From NCBI RefSeq assembly GCF_038025025.1, contig NW_027117344.1, positions 1,178,001 through 1,242,000 of the forward strand: 64,000 bases of DNA, written 5' to 3'. Origin of the DNA: Phyllosticta citribraziliensis. Lineage: Eukaryota. The translations under genes and the position numbers were made by a program. Below the pieces are notes generated by a model. That model was not told where the DNA came from, made no database searches, and worked only from the letters and a program-made list of their open reading frames with translations. Below, piece by piece: positions 50,349 through 64,000 of the stretch (the first letter of the stretch is position 1; each line of letters opens with the position of its first letter).

Positions 50349-52045
50349 TTATGCCTCGGCGGTGGCGGAACCGGAGACGGACGTATTCCGCTGCACTTGG
50401 TGCTTGGCCTTCTCCGCGATGATCTCTTGTGCGAAGGGCGACTTGGCGCGAATGATGGATCCGTAGAAGTAAAAGATATAGATGGGGATCGTGACGAGGA
50501 CGGCCAGGCAAGCCAGGATGGTCGACGCGTAGGCGAGCTTCTTTGATCCAGTGCCGATGTTGCTGTACACTATGATGAGTCAGTAAGTGGGTTGAAAGCG
50601 AGTGGGACGGCGATGTGCTTACGTGGAGTAGCGTACAAGGCTGCGATACCAGCGAGGAAGTCACGGGCGAAGCCGTTGCCACCCGTCGCAGACGCAGAGT
50701 ACGGACCGTACGCGGCAACCATGTAGTCAATGGTGGCCATGTAAATGGCGTAATTGGCGATGCCGACGAGCGCAGAAAAGATCAGGGGAACAATCCAAGG
50801 GATGGGCGGGCCAGTGCTAGTCCAGGCAAAGCCAAAGAGACCAATCGTCAAAAGAGGACCGGTGTAGAGAAGCCAGTAGAGACGGTACTCGGGCTTCAGG
50901 GTGCCTTCTCTCAGCTTTCTCCGCTGCTTGACGAAGAAGGGCATGAATGAGAAGTAGGCGATGAAGTAGCCGACGAGCAGTGGGATGAAGGCAAGTCCAA
51001 TGGCAATGGTGGAGAAGCCCCATTGCTTGAACACGGGCGAGTACGACTCCAAAAAGGTGAAGATCAGGGCGTCGGAGAAACCGCTGAGAAGTGACAGGAA
51101 GAGCACGATGGGTTCGGTGACGAACATCCTGAATGGGCGGATCCAGATGGTGATGATTTCCTTGATGGGCATACCCCCAATGTTGTATGTGCCAGACGCC
51201 TTGATTTCAGCCTTTGAGATCTCGTCCTTGGTGTAGGCGTTAGCGTCCCCGTTCTTGCGGCGCTGAGCGGCGATCTTCCTGAGGAGCACGTTGGCACATG
51301 TCTCCTTGACTGTGCAGAGATGCAAGAGCTGGGTGACGCCGCCGAAGATGAGAGACAGCCAGAAGACCCAGGACCAGTGAAGGTTTTTCTGGACAAAGCC
51401 GCCGACAATGGGACCAATGACACTACCTCCGACGGATGAGAAGACGACGTAGGCGACGGCGAATTGCTGATCGTCGGCCTCCCACATGTCGGCAACCATT
51501 CCGAGGGTGACGGAGCCACCGGCAGACGAAAGTCCACCGAGGAAGCGACCGACCATGATGGTGCCAAAGTTCTTGGCCAAGGCGCATGGAATCTGCCAGA
51601 TGTTGACGAGGAAGAGCGAGAGCTGCAGGATGGGGCGGCGGCCAAACTCCTCGGACCACGGCGCCCAAAGCTCGCAACCAAAGGCGTATGCGACGAGGAA
51701 AATCATTTGGCCACACCGAGCACCCTGGGAGCTGAGGCCGAACTCTTCCGAGAGACCATCGACAGCATTGGCGTAGATGCTGGCGTTGAAGTTCATGGAA
51801 CACTGGATGATGAAGATGACGGTGAGGATGTACCACTTGTACCAGTCCTTGTAACAAAAGCCGAGTTGAGCGTACACCTCAGGGTCGTCCTCGCTGACGG
51901 TGGGCTCTCTCTTTTCGGGATCGGTGCCGACGACTTCTTTGCGTTGGGCGCCGCTGGACGAGTCGGTGTCCCTGCTGGGAGCCTTTTCCATCTTGGGGTT
52001 CATGTTTGTCGAGTCGGTTCTTGGGGTGACGTCCAAGGACGACAT
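50349..52045 (-). CDS. MFS transporter, DHA1 (drug:H+ antiporter-like) family, 2 exons
   Basis: Motifs WAPWSEEFGRRPILQLSLFL, GRFLGGLSSAGGSVTLGMVADMW, RPFRMFVTEPIV, PEYRL and YGPYSASATGGNGFARDFLAG. Many hydrophobic segments. Confidence 0.93.
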
Positions 52046-55000
52046 GGCGAGAGCGGACTTGGCGTGAGCTGTGTATGGGGTGGTTGGTTGGGAAACAGCT
52101 CGTGTCTGGGGAAGAGGAAAAGGACGTGAGAGGAGCGGAAGGACGGAGGCTTTTAACAATGGCCTCGCGGTGAGCTGGTGGGGAAAACGTGGTGGTGGGA
52201 CTGCGAGGAGGGACTGGGGTGCGAAGTTTGGAACAGGACTGGAGCGATGTTTCCCTGCGAGCCGTGGTTGACCAGTCCGAGGTACATTAGCGCGTCATCG
52301 GGGCCACCGCTCTGCTCTGCTCTGCTCTGCTCTGCAGTGACGTAGGAGGGAGGGCACCTTGCGGAGCCGTTGAGGTGCGACACGTTTGGATCGTTTCATT
52401 ATTTCTGACCCGACCACCAAGTCAGCTGTCCAGGACTCCGATGCCAACTAGTGCGACTACTGGCCCTGCCATCACGCTTGGTCCGCACGACTGCGAGCCC
52501 GTCCCGTCGTCTTTGCACCCAGCGCTCCGCTGGCCCCGACAGAAACCTCCGAGGCCACTCGCCGCAACAGGCTAGCCGGTCACCAGAGTCGAATCTTTGT
52601 TATTCATCAACAGGACGGCCGACAGACGGACAGACATACAGACAGACGGACGGACGGACGGACGGGCGAGGCGGCATGGCATGGCATGGCCTGAGCTGGC
52701 GTCGGCGGCAAGCCCGCTCAATCTCAAGAGGCCTGTCCGTCGACGCAGAAAGATAGAGAAGACACGAGCACGGCGGATCCTTGCCGCGAGAGGTGGCGTT
52801 GCATCGGTTTACCTGTTGGGTGCGGGCGTCCGGGGCTCGTCGTTCGTCAATCGGGGGCTCCGCAAGCAGAGACCAAGTGCTCCACACCCTCTCCGGATTC
52901 TGCGCCCCGGCCTCCGCTGTACCTGCACTCCACCTCTGTCCTCCAGCGCTAATGTCGCCCCCAACCCGTCTCCGCCGCCCTCTCCGCCCACCACGACTTG
53001 ATAACCAAGAGAAAAGAAGCCGCGCGATGGCTTGTCTGCCGTGCCGTGGCGTGGCGTTGATCGGAATCGGTGGCGCACTCAAGCCTTGTTGCCCAGGCCG
53101 TCCGACTCGTGCGCCCAAGAGCCTCACGCACCTCACCTTGCTCACGCCATCGGTGCAACCCGACTGGACTGCGTGGTGATGATGATGAGAGTGCCCGCAA
53201 ATTCTTCCCTGCCCGCTGCCGTTGCATTCGTTCCCTGCTGCGGCTGAGGGCCTGGAGCTTGGACCGCCTGACCGACCCACTGTTGGGCTTCGGATTGTCC
53301 TTCTTGGCCACCACCTGCACCACCTGCACCATCGACTCCGGCCGTGGCCATTGACACATGACTGCTCCTCAATCCACATCCATTGACTTCGGCAGTGCAT
53401 CCGGCTCCGGCTCTCTCGACGCTTACGGCCTGCCAATGCCGCCGTCTCCGTCGTCATCGCCGCGACCGGTCTCCGTTCTTGGTTCTTGCACCACCGGCCC
53501 GCTCTCGGCACTTGGTTGCTGTAACTTACTCCAACCCCAGGCTGCTTGTTTGCCTCTGCCCACCCACTATTGGAACCCCTGGCATTAGCTTCGGGCGCCC
53601 ATGCGGCCTTCCTCTCGGGGAAACACCCCCTGGGTTGCAGCATTCTGGACTCACTCGACCTTTGACCAGGCCCTCTTCAGCCGTCTTGAAATGTCACCAA
53701 GTAGGAGCGAGGTGGTGTGAGGGACGGCCCGTAAGCTGTTAGCGTTCCACTCACAAAATCTAGAATTCTCTCTGCGTCGACTTACCCAGTCTCGCCAGTC
53801 CCCAATCTGCGGCCATGGTGCCTGCCCCGGCATCGACTAAACTGTTGGGCTGCCATTGTCGTAACACCATTGACTGACCCTCGACGTTTCACACCCCTCG
53901 CTGAGGCCTTCTCCAGATTCTTCTCCGCATCCATCCCCGCACGTCGAGCCATCCCTGGCGTTGAGTGGAGCGGCGACTGACATGCGTCAGGGAGCAGTCG
54001 CGCACACCTCCGGACGCTTATCTCTGCCTCCCAAAGCAGTTTTGACGATTTTGACGACCAATGCCGAAGGTTGTGCTCCATCGCAATACGAGAGCTACTC
54101 TGACGACTGCAAAGTCGTCCGCTTTCCACTTTGCCAAACCTTTTGTCCTCTTGAAAGGCGCCAAGGCTAATTTGCTTGGAGTTGATTCTAGCCCTCTGGC
54201 GGTCCGCGCCCGGTTGCTACCAAGAGCACGCCAGCGTTTCCTGATTCTTGCCATGGACGCCTCCAAAACTCAATGCCACTGCCAAATCGCCAGACTGCTG
54301 CTTTGTTTCCTTTGGTTGGCTCGGGTAGCAACCATTGACCTAGCTTTTGCTTGTTCAAAACAACGCCGTTCTTTCGCTCGAGGCGGGGACAGACATTGCC
54401 ACGGCGATTTCTGCGACTACTCTTTGCTGGCCGGAGGTTGGATGCTCAACAGATTAGTCTCTGACGCCGAATCTTCGTTTTGATCCAAGTCGAACGATCT
54501 GAAGGACATTCGCCCCGCCTGTCAAAATGTTTGACGACTCAGGGCGTTTGTTGGTCTCGTCGCCGCGGCGTCGCAACTCTTGCAACGCGCGTTGGTTACT
54601 CAACTGGTACGCTAACCGGTAATCCGCTAGGAACCATCTGAATACTCAACATAACAACTTACCGATCCAAGTTGTTGCCGGTGTACGCCCCTTGGGTCGC
54701 CGGCTTCTTCGACACCGGGTACTATTATGTAAATATTCACAAGCTAACCCACCAAACTAGCCATCATGAGCAGGTTCTACCACACTAGTTTTGCCTCGAC
54801 CCAACGAATCTTAAATGTACAAGGATCACTTGACGACCCAGCCACAGGATTCTCATGATTGTAACTGTTTTTCTCCTAGCTTCACTTACTCCTTGGTAAA
54901 AAACAACGTAAAGTAAGGGAGTAGCTCGCTTGACTGGGAGTAGTTATAGCGAAGTCAAGGGGAGATCATTGGCGATCTTCTTAGCTTTCCGAGCGACTCT

Positions 55001-56856
55001 CCTGCTGGACGGCAAACATGACGTCCGGTTTGCCTCCTTTTTTTGTTTTTCTGTTTCCTCTTTTGCCACGGATGGCACAGGCGCAGCGAAGTTGATTCGT
55101 GCTGCCACTTTATATGGCCAACCTTCAACTAAATGGCGCTCTAGGATTTTGGAAACCTTCTCCCAACGTCTCCGCGTTTGGTATGCAAGCAGCGCGCGGA
55201 AAACACACCGTACTGTTGCAAAATGCTCGGCTCCACAAAATGCGCAGACGGCAGATGAGGATTTGTAAAAGGAGTGGTTGTGCTAAACACTGGCGTCAGG
55301 AGCTTGTCAGGGAATACTCGATCCCTGAGCTTCCCCACAGACGATCTCTCCAAGTTGGAGCTCATGAATCCGCATTACAATTCCCAAAGATGCTGAATCA
55401 AACGCAGTCAATTGAGCGTTGAGGCTCTTAGAGCTGGTATCGCATCTCTAGAATACGAGAACGACCATTTACTTTGCTGAAGTCGTGACTGCTTCTTTGC
55501 ATCCGGAAATCGCACAGGCATACCCTTTCGTCTTGACATCTCAAATACAACAAAACCCTTTCAACTTTGATCCATTCCATGCTGCAGGCCCATCCTTCAC
55601 AAAAATTAGCAAAGCTATTGCTACTGAGCGCCCAACGTGGCCACGGTTTCGCTGGCCACGATCGCGCTGGCCCGCTGCGTGTGCAGCGATCGAAGCAGCA
55701 ACATTCTGGAAAGAAAAGGGGAGGAGACGAGCCGGGGTAGTACGTGGTCGATGCAACCGTACGGGACAGCTGCGTACGCTGTAAAGACCAAGACATGACA
55801 GCGAGCAAAACAATCGAAACGCATGTGAGCGTGGCAGGACGCGGAATGCTCCCCATACACAGTAACTTGTCGTCGTAAGAGGGGCAAGAGGGTCCGCTGG
55901 CGGCCAGATTGCTTTTAAAGACTAGCCACCACCCAGCTATCCATGTCTATAACGGCCTTCTATTAGAGGTACCTTATCCCGCCTCGACCACTTACAACTC
56001 GCGGCTCTTTGACCGCAGACGAAGACGCCCAGAACGTAAGCAGAGACGTAGCTTCTTCAACAATACAGGCAGACCGCCCTTGCCCAAGGCACTGCAGATA
56101 CTTGCGCCAGCCTCTTGTTTCATCTTTGCCCCGTAGTTGACTTGTTCTAGAAGATGGGGATTCTACGCTTGCAGATTCCATCTAATCATAGGTGAGAGCA
56201 TGCCCGACAGGTCGAGGCTTGGTAGCAAAAGTCGTAGCACACGCAACCTCCCAATCACTACACTCGATGCTTGAATGCACCCTGTTAGATATCTAATACA
56301 GCGTATGAATGGACCCTATCAGCCGTCTATTAGAACAAGTGAACGCTCACTGATGGTGAGACTGATTCTCTACTCTCATTGTGTGTGCCACGACTTTTCC
56401 GAATCAAGTCTCGATTTCTTCCAGACGGCCCCTAGCTTGTGACTTTTTCAATCATCGCAGTGAGACGTCAGGTGATAGCGCGCTGATGGGGGACGGAATT
56501 TTGTTGCGTCGCGAGTGAGCGAGCGGTGACGTGTGGGCGTGGTGTTGAGGGGAAGCGGGAGAAGTGAACTCCCGACGCACGACCGCTCCGGCTGTTGGTT
56601 CAAAGTGCAGCCTCAGCGTCAGGCCGACGGTGCGCATACCCTACTCACCTTCACCCAGCAGCGCAACTCCACTCGTTCCGCACAGGCTCTTGTACTTGTA
56701 CAGATGATTGATGACCTTTGCGCGTGAATTCTGATCTCGAGTCTCATTGCGCGTCCGCTTCGGTCCTTTGCCCGCACCTGCGCACACCACCTCTTACCTC
56801 GCACGTAATCCAAGCTCCCTCCCCCCGCCAGTCCAGAGCAGACACGCCACCACACA

Positions 56857-59532
56857 ATGCCGCAACTACTGAGCTCCAAGGAGGGCTCCCTTTTCCGCCA
56901 GCTCGTTAAAAACTACGAGACCAAGCAATACAAGAAAGGTGCTTCCACATGTTCGCGCCTCCCTCCGCGCCGCTGACACACGACAGGAATCAAGGCAGCC
57001 GACCAAATCCTCAAGAAGCAACCCAACCATGGCGACACGCAGGCCATGAAGGCCTTGATCCTCAACTCCCAAGGACAGACGGATGAGGCCTTTGCTCTCG
57101 CCAAAACCGCGCTCAAGAACGATGTCAAGTCGCACATTTGCTGGCACGTCTACGGCATCCTGTATCGGTCCGCCAAAAATTACGACGAGGCCATCAAGGC
57201 ATACAAGTTTGCGCTGCGTCTCGAGCCCGAGTCGATACAGATCCAGCGTGATCTGGCCACCCTGCAAATACAAGTGCGCGACTACAATGGATACATTGAG
57301 AGCCGCAAGACGATGGTCAAGTCCAGACCTCAGATTCGACAGAACTGGACCGCCCTCGCCGTTGCATACCACTTGGCTGGAGACTACACCAACGCCATTG
57401 ACACGCTCGAGAAGTACGAGGGCACGCTCAAGCAGCCTCCGCCCCGCTCCGACCTCGAGCACTCGGAAGCCTCCATCTACAAGAACACCGTCCTTGCCGA
57501 AAAGGGTGACATCGAAGCCGCATTGAAGCACCTGGATACAATCTACAAGACCAATGCGGACAGGACAGCTGTCATGGAGCTCCGCGCACAGTACTTGCTG
57601 CAGCTGGGTAAGGGCAAAGAGGCGGAGGAGGCCTACAGGGACCTCGTGGAACGCAACAACGAATACCGGTTGTACTACGATGGGCTGGAAAAGTCTCTTG
57701 GCTTGGAAAGGTCGAATCCGGAGCATGTGCCTAAGCTTCTGGAGCTGTACGAATCCTATGCGGAAAAGTACCCCCGCTTGGACGCTGCCAGACGGATACC
57801 GCTGGACTTTTTGTCAGGTGAGCAGGGAAAATTTGGGAGAAGGTTCGTGACTGATGGATAGCAGGCGACAAGTTCCGTACCGCTGCCGACAGCTACCTGC
57901 GGCGACAGCTGAACCGGGGCGTGCCGTCCACTTTTGCCAACGTCAAGGCGCTCTACCAAGACCCCGAAAAGAAGCAAGTGATTCAAGATCTGGTCCTTGC
58001 TTATGAAAACGAGAAGCAGGCAAATGGATCCGCCGACAAGCCTGCAAACGGCGATTCTTCCGACCAGTTCCACGAAGTCGTACTCTACTTCCTCGCGCAA
58101 CACTACAACTACCACCTCAGTCGCGACCTCCCCAAGGCTCTGCAGTACATCGAACGCACCATCGAACTCAGTCCGAAATTTGTCGACTACACCATGACTA
58201 AAGCACGGATATACAAGCATCTTGGAAACACGCCCAAGGCCGCAGAAATCATGAACCAGGCACGAGAACTGGACGAAAAGGACCGCTACATCAACACCAA
58301 GTGCGCCAAGTACCAGCTCCGCAACAACCAGAACGAGGATGCCATTGCCACCATGAGCAAATTCACCCGCAACGAGGCCGTGGGCGGCGCGCTTGGTGAC
58401 TTGCACGACATGCAATGCATGTGGTACATCACCGAGGACGGCGAGGCATACCAGAGGCGCGGCGAGCTCGGCCTCGCGCTGAAGCGCTTCCAGGCCATTT
58501 TCGACATCTTTGGTGTTTGGGAGGAGGACCAATTCGACTTCCACACTTTCTCGCTGCGCAAGGGCCAGGTTCGCGCATACGTCGACATGATTCGCTGGGA
58601 AGATCACCTCCGCGAGCACCCCTTTTACACCCGCGCCGCCCTTTCTGCCATCAAGACCTATGTGCTGCTGCACGACAAACCAGAGCTGAAGAAGCCGACC
58701 GCCAATGGTGACGAGTCTCAAAGTGCCAAGGCCAAGAAGAAGGCGCAACAGGAGAAGGAGGCGCAGAAGGCCCCAGCCAAGAAGCCTGCGCTAGACGCGA
58801 ATGGAGAGCCAAAGAAGGAGGACACTGACCCCGAAGGCGTGAAGCTGCGGGAGACGGAGACGCCGCTCGAGGATGCGATGAAGTGGCTCGGCCCGCTGCT
58901 CTCGAGCAGTCCAAAGAGCATTGAAGCACAGAATGCCGGCTTCGAAGTGTTCATCAGGAGAAGTGAGTTGTTTAAGCGACTGCTCGAAAATTTTGGCTAA
59001 TGCCTTGTGCAGGAAAGCACCTCCTGGCTCTCAAGTGCCTCCGTTCTGCTCACGAGCTTGATCCCGAGAACCCCGCCCTGCACCACCAGATCATCCGCTT
59101 CCAAAAAGAGCGTAAGTCTTGCCACCTCCTGTTCATATGCAGTACCGCGGCAGCTAACACCCTCTTCCAGTCGAGGCGCTCGCCAAAGCCCCCTCCGATG
59201 CCGACAAGCCCGTTCTCGAGGTTCTCAAGTCCCAATTCACCCTCATTCCCGCCGACACGTCGGCCGCAGCCTTCAACGCGGCGTTCCTCGAGCGCCACGC
59301 CAAGAGCGCGCCGCACGTCGTCGCGGGCCTGCATGCCCGCGTGGTGCTGGATCCGTCGACCAAGGCCAAGAGCGAGGACGAGGCCATCAAGGCGGTGGTT
59401 GGACTGGAGACGGCGCAGCTGGCCGACGCCCTGGCCGCCAGGGACGCGCTGAGGGAGTGGGGCAGCGCGGCCGAGGTGCTGCAGAGGTGGGAGAAGGAGG
59501 TCAAGGCGAGATGGACCGAGGCTGTGTTGTAA
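56857..59532 (+). CDS. NAT1: NatA N-terminal acetyltransferase auxiliary subunit (Nat1/Naa15), 5 exons
   Basis: Motifs MPQLLSSKEGSLFRQLVKNYETKQYKK/GIKAADQILKK.PNHGDTQAMKAL, SHICWHVYG, DRYINTKCAKYQLR, DMQCMWY and EDQFDFHTFSLRKG. Confidence 0.97.
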
Positions 59533-60127
59533 AGTGTCATGTCCGTTTTGAGGGTCAAGGTGCTGTGATGGTGGTTTTTGTTCGTGGTGGCAAAAGCACT
59601 GCACAAGAAGAGATGGAGAGAGAGGGGAGAGAGGAGTCACAAAAGCCAACCCATTGGACCCGACCATATAAACTGCATTGCATGCTGAACTGAACAAAAT
59701 GTGTAGAAAGAGAGGCAGAGTTCTAAAAGAGACATCATTGGGCAGGAAGCTTTTGCATCGCATCATTTCGATTTACTTCACATCCCATGCTGGATGTATG
59801 GGAATGGCCAAGGGAAGAGAAAGTGAGAGGGAGAGAGAGTGTGTGTGTGTGTGTGTCGTAGAATGGAAGGTGTAGATGGAACCAATCAAATATCCCTCTC
59901 GCCTCTAATGATGCCCCAGCCACTCTTAATTGATGTGAAAACTGATAATTCACTGAAGTAGACAGGTGGACATCCTAGGATGACGTCAGGAAACACAGTT
60001 AAGCATCAAGTAGAAGGAGACTGCGGGTGCCCAAGGATATTACGTGTGTACAGTACATGAATTGATAATCTGAAGGTAGAGCAATGACAGACTTTGATGC
60101 ACAAACGAAGAAGATGGTTTTGGATGC

Positions 60128-60310
60128 CACAGCTGCCTTTCGCTCTGAGAGCAATCATTCAGGACCACGGCTGCGCTCGAGGAGCCGTCGTTCACTAACA
60201 CAGCTGCGCTCAAGGAGCATTGAATCAGCAACCCAGCTGTGCTCAAGGAGCATTCATTCAGCAACACGGCTGCTGCGCTGAGGGAGCTGTCATTGCAGTA
60301 TCACCCCTGC
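60128..60310 (+). repeat. About 5 x 33-bp tandem repeat related to the MITE internal motif
   Basis: Units start at 60128, 60166, 60199, 60232 and 60265, with consensus CACAGCTGCGCTCAAGGAGCATTCATTCAGCAA. Confidence 0.8.
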
Positions 60311-60440
60311 GGCCAAATTCAACCCCAAAATGCCCCATCCTCTCCCACTGCAATGCCAACGAATAAAATCCCTCCTAGTTTTCCATATTTGTTCCTCGCT
60401 TCTTCTTCTTCTTCTCCTTCTTCTTCGCCCCATCCGACTC

Positions 60441-61506
60441 TCAGGCAACCTCCTCAACCTTCTTCGGGGCGTCCGCCTTCTTAGCGGCCTCGCCCTCCTC
60501 CTCACCCTCGAGCTCGGGCATGTCGTCGTCATCGTCGCCGTCGTCCTCGCCGCCGGCCGCTCCACCCATGGCGCCCATGCCAGGGATTCCGCCCATGCCT
60601 CCGCCCATGCCTCCCATCAGGCCGGACAGGTCGGCGCCGTCACCGCCAGCGGCCGCGCCCAGCTTGCTGAAGTCGATGCCGCCAAAGTCGCCGCCGCCGG
60701 GCATGCCACCGCCAGGCATGCCGCCGGCGCCGCCCATCTGGCTCAGGTAGTCGTCCTCGACGTTCTCGTCTTGCTCGTCCTCGTCAACCCACTACAGTGC
60801 AGCAAAAAAAAAAAGGTGGTAAGCATATGTCATGTTTCCAACAAGAATTTTTCAGTCGTTGGCAGCGCGTACCTTGTCGAAGTCGGTCTTGAGGAAATGC
60901 TGCCTCTTGCTCTCCTTGAGCAGACGCGGCCAGTACTCGGCCGCGAGCTCCGCCTTGCGCAGGACAAGCTCGACGTTCTTGCCCGTGTGGTTGACCTTGG
61001 ACTCCTTGGGGTCCACCTCGGCGTACAGCTCCAGCTCGACGGCGTAGTCGACGCTCTTGGTGTCCGAGTGGCCGCTGAATGTAATCTTGGTCGGTTGGAT
61101 GTCGAGCTTCATCTTGTCCTTGGGGACGTCGGGCGCGGAGATTGCCACGTAGACGATGTTGCGTGCTACGTCGGTCGTCGACGAGCGTTGCGCCCAGAGC
61201 ACTGTGGAGGAGTGATTGTTAGCAAGTGGCTCTCGGTGGCGAGGTAGTTTTGATTTGGTGGTGCGCGCCGCCGTGGTGCGCTCGACAGCGCGATTCGCTG
61301 GAGTCGATCGAAAAGTCGGACAGCCATTGACGCGCAATCGCCATTGAACGCAGTTGGCCGAGGCGCTGGGAGAGTTTCCGGAGATGGCCAGCGCAGCGTC
61401 CAAGTCGCAAGAGCGGCGGCAGCGGGAGCAGCTAGGCGCAGCGGCGGGATATGGGCGGCGGGGTTGAGGTGGAAAAGTTACCTTCGGGAGTCAGAGTTTG
61501 GGACAT
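60441..61506 (-). CDS. SBA1: Hsp90 co-chaperone p23 (Sba1/Wos2), 3 exons
   Basis: Motifs MSQTLTPE/VLWAQRS, YWPRLLKE and FLKTDFDK/WVDEDEQ, then a GGM-rich acidic tail with DDDMPELE. Confidence 0.96.
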
Positions 61507-62077
61507 GGTGGCGAGATGATGTGTCGGGGTGCAGATTGCAAAGTGGTGATTGAAGGGTCGCGACGATGGAGGTCGAGGAGGTGTTGGGTGCAGTGGCTAT
61601 GCGTGGAGTGGAGAGGATGGAAAAGTGGTTGGGCAGGGAAGCTTTCAGTTGTTGTATGCGGACTCGCTAGCGCACGCGCAAGGCTGAGACTGCGGTAGAA
61701 GGCAGTGGAAACAGAGACGCTGTGCGCGCAACAGTCTAACTGCTGCTGGCCGCCGTGCAGCTCAACTCTGCTGCGTGTGGTGTGTGTATGCCCATCCGCC
61801 GACGGCTGTTTGCCTCCATCGCATCCTGCCTCAAGCTCCAGCTTGGCCGAGCCGTCGTGGTGTGGTGCTGAGGTGGTGAAAGCCCCGCCCTGAGGTCTGC
61901 CCTGCCCTGCCCTGCGGTGGTGCCAGAGCAAACGTCACAGCCTCTGGTCCGGGCTGTTGACCGACCCCAGCCCATCAACTAAACACCATCCTTCGCCCAC
62001 TTCTCCCGCCTGCACTCCTGCTCGCCTGTCTCGCCTCTATCGCCTCGACGCGCCCTGCTGGCGCGCTCAAATCCACC

Positions 62078-62814
62078 ATGGAGACCATCAAGTCCTTGCT
62101 CTGGAAGCCCTCCCCAGAGGAGCAAGTTCGTCCCCCGCCTATCCGCAATCTCAGCTGCTGACTCGACCGCCCCAGAAACGCAAATGCAACGCCCTCGTGC
62201 GCTCCAACGTTCGCAAGCTCGACCGCGACATTGTCAATCTCAAGACCGCCGAGCAAAAGGCCAAGAGCTCCATCCTCCAGGCCTCGCGCCGTGCGCAGCG
62301 CAACCCGTCCATGGCCAAGCTCGCCGCCGACGAGACGCGAATCTTTGCCCGCGAACTCATCCGCATCCGAAAGCAAAACGCTCGCCTGCAGACGTCCAAG
62401 GCCCAGCTGCAGAGCGTGCAGATGCAGGTCAACGAGGCCTTCTCCGTCCGCAAAATCGAGGGCAGCATCCGCGCCAGCACCGGCATCATGAAGGACGTGA
62501 ATACCTTGGTGCGCCTGCCTGAGCTGACTGGCACCATGCGCGAGTTGAGCCAGGAGCTGGTCAAGGCCGGCATCATCGAGGAGATGATTGGCGACTCGCT
62601 GCCGGACACCGAGCTGTTGGAGGGCGAGGACGAGGAAGCCGAAACCGAGGTCGACAAGGTCCTGAACGAGGTGCTCAAGGACCGTCTGCCCAAGGCCGCG
62701 GAGCCCAAGTCGGAGATCGAGATGCCCACGCCGGCAGCCGAAGAGGAGGAGGAAGAGGATCAAGAAGAAATGCTGAGCCAGATGAGAGGCAGGCTCGAGG
62801 CTCTGAAGAGCTAA
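62078..62814 (+). CDS. VPS24: ESCRT-III subunit Vps24/CHMP3, 2 exons
   Basis: Motifs METIKSLLWKPSPEEQ/KRKCNALVR, RLQTSKAQLQSVQMQ, STGIMKDVNTLVRLPEL, ELVKAGIIEEM and a C-terminal MRGRLEALKS. Confidence 0.96.
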
Positions 62815-64000
62815 GTCGGCCTCTCTGGGCGTTAAGGTCGACATTTTCATTACGGGTTCGGGTGGCGCACGGCGTTTTGGTGTCACTGGTCATTCCCCTA
62901 TGTTGCGCCAATGTTTGGGCAATGTTTACTCCATCATCATAGAGACGTGCGACGCGACATTATGAACGATCTGCATTCTTCCATTATACGTCAAACTCGT
63001 ACAACTTTCGTCCGACCGGTCGCTGCTAGTAGCCGGGACAATCTCAGAGGCCTTGGGACTTGTTCTGCTTTGTTCAAATGCATTGATTGGTGGTGAGGCG
63101 CTACCGATGCAGCTACCAGCGCGTCACATGGGACGCATGCGTGTAGGAGGCCGATGCGGATTTCCAACAGCTCTGGGGACATAGTCTAGCCAGCTACCTT
63201 GTTTACGTTGCGCAACTAGTGACACATCTGGGAATGTCGCCACTAGACGACTCTCGACATCTCAAGCGAACATCATAGCGATCAGCGCTTTTGACGCACG
63301 TGGAGGTGAGAGGATATCGAAAGCTGCCCGAGAGAGGGGTGAGTATTCTGCCCCTCCGCCAGTCACTGAGAAGCCTTCTCTTCCTGTTGTTATCCAGGTC
63401 CTTCTCACAACCAAAAATGATGATAACTAACACAACGACGCGCGGAACTCCAATGTACACGCGGCTATGCCGTCAGATTCTCCTCCGCCAGTGTCCTACC
63501 GGTTTACGTCGAATGGGTTTCAAAAAGAAGCAGCACTCAAAAGGCTACAGAAAGGTGGGGACGAGGATCACGCAGGGATCTAACATGTAAGGAGGACAGC
63601 TAAACCTCGAGCATTAGACAGGCACTATGGCGTGGTCGAGACGGGCAAGAGCGTCCGGAGGAGAAACCCATCCCAACGTCGTCCGCCCTCCTCCCGACAA
63701 GTCGACCAAACAACCCGCATTACTACCGTATGACGATACCTCTCGCTGTTTATCTCTCCTCGTTGATTGCGGCTGCTCAATCTCACGTCTGTCGCTCAGT
63801 GCCTCTGCCATTATTGTTGCTGGATCGTCGGCTTGGCCTCAGATCTGACGGTCGTTCTCGAAACTATGCCTGCGTCTCGCGGACCACGGAGACTCCAACA
63901 GACTCACCCAAAAAGTCCCCTAAGTGAGTCGTAAAAACCGCAAGCACTTTTCCCAAGTTGAACAACGGTGAAGACAGAGAGGGGAAGGCAAACAAATCAA

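Noticed and set aside
52600..53643. 347-aa minus-strand ORF and overlapping plus-strand ORFs upstream of the MFS gene
   Set aside because: The sequence is GC-rich and low-complexity with microsatellites (GACG, GCATG), typical of a long promoter region, and lacks protein-like composition.
60128..60310. 33-bp repeats considered as a CRISPR array
   Set aside because: The context is eukaryotic, the units are degenerate tandem copies without unique spacers, and there are no cas genes.

Overview
This is gene-dense eukaryotic DNA from a filamentous ascomycete. It has GT-AG introns with CTRAY branch sites and GC3-rich codon usage, and a Dothideomycete origin is plausible but unproven. It is a housekeeping region, with genes in this order: PGK1, SEM1, IML2-family, RRP1, TRM8, GID4/VID24, mago nashi, coatomer beta, sphingoid base kinase, mitochondrial L23, an unknown repeat-containing protein, prefoldin 5, a JmjC protein, an MpaB-like oxygenase, initiator tRNA-Met, MED19, RAD10, a Zn2Cys6 factor, a divergent 14-3-3-like protein, an MFS transporter, NAT1, p23 and VPS24. 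Two small Cys-rich ORFs are also present. Four observations stand out. (1) A ~1.1 kb leader with no AUG in any frame is also stop-free in frame with the 14-3-3-like gene, suggesting a non-AUG N-terminal extension. (2) A dispersed family of ~100-250 bp MITE-like elements has CAC(A)GTG... termini and ~33-bp internal repeats, with about nine copies including two inside introns. (3) A cryptic intron across the PGK stop codon would give a C-terminal PRL peroxisomal signal. (4) A 4x21-bp STRE array lies upstream of a gene encoding RGG-containing repeats. Gene models were assembled by eye from splice signals and recognised protein motifs, with no database searches run.
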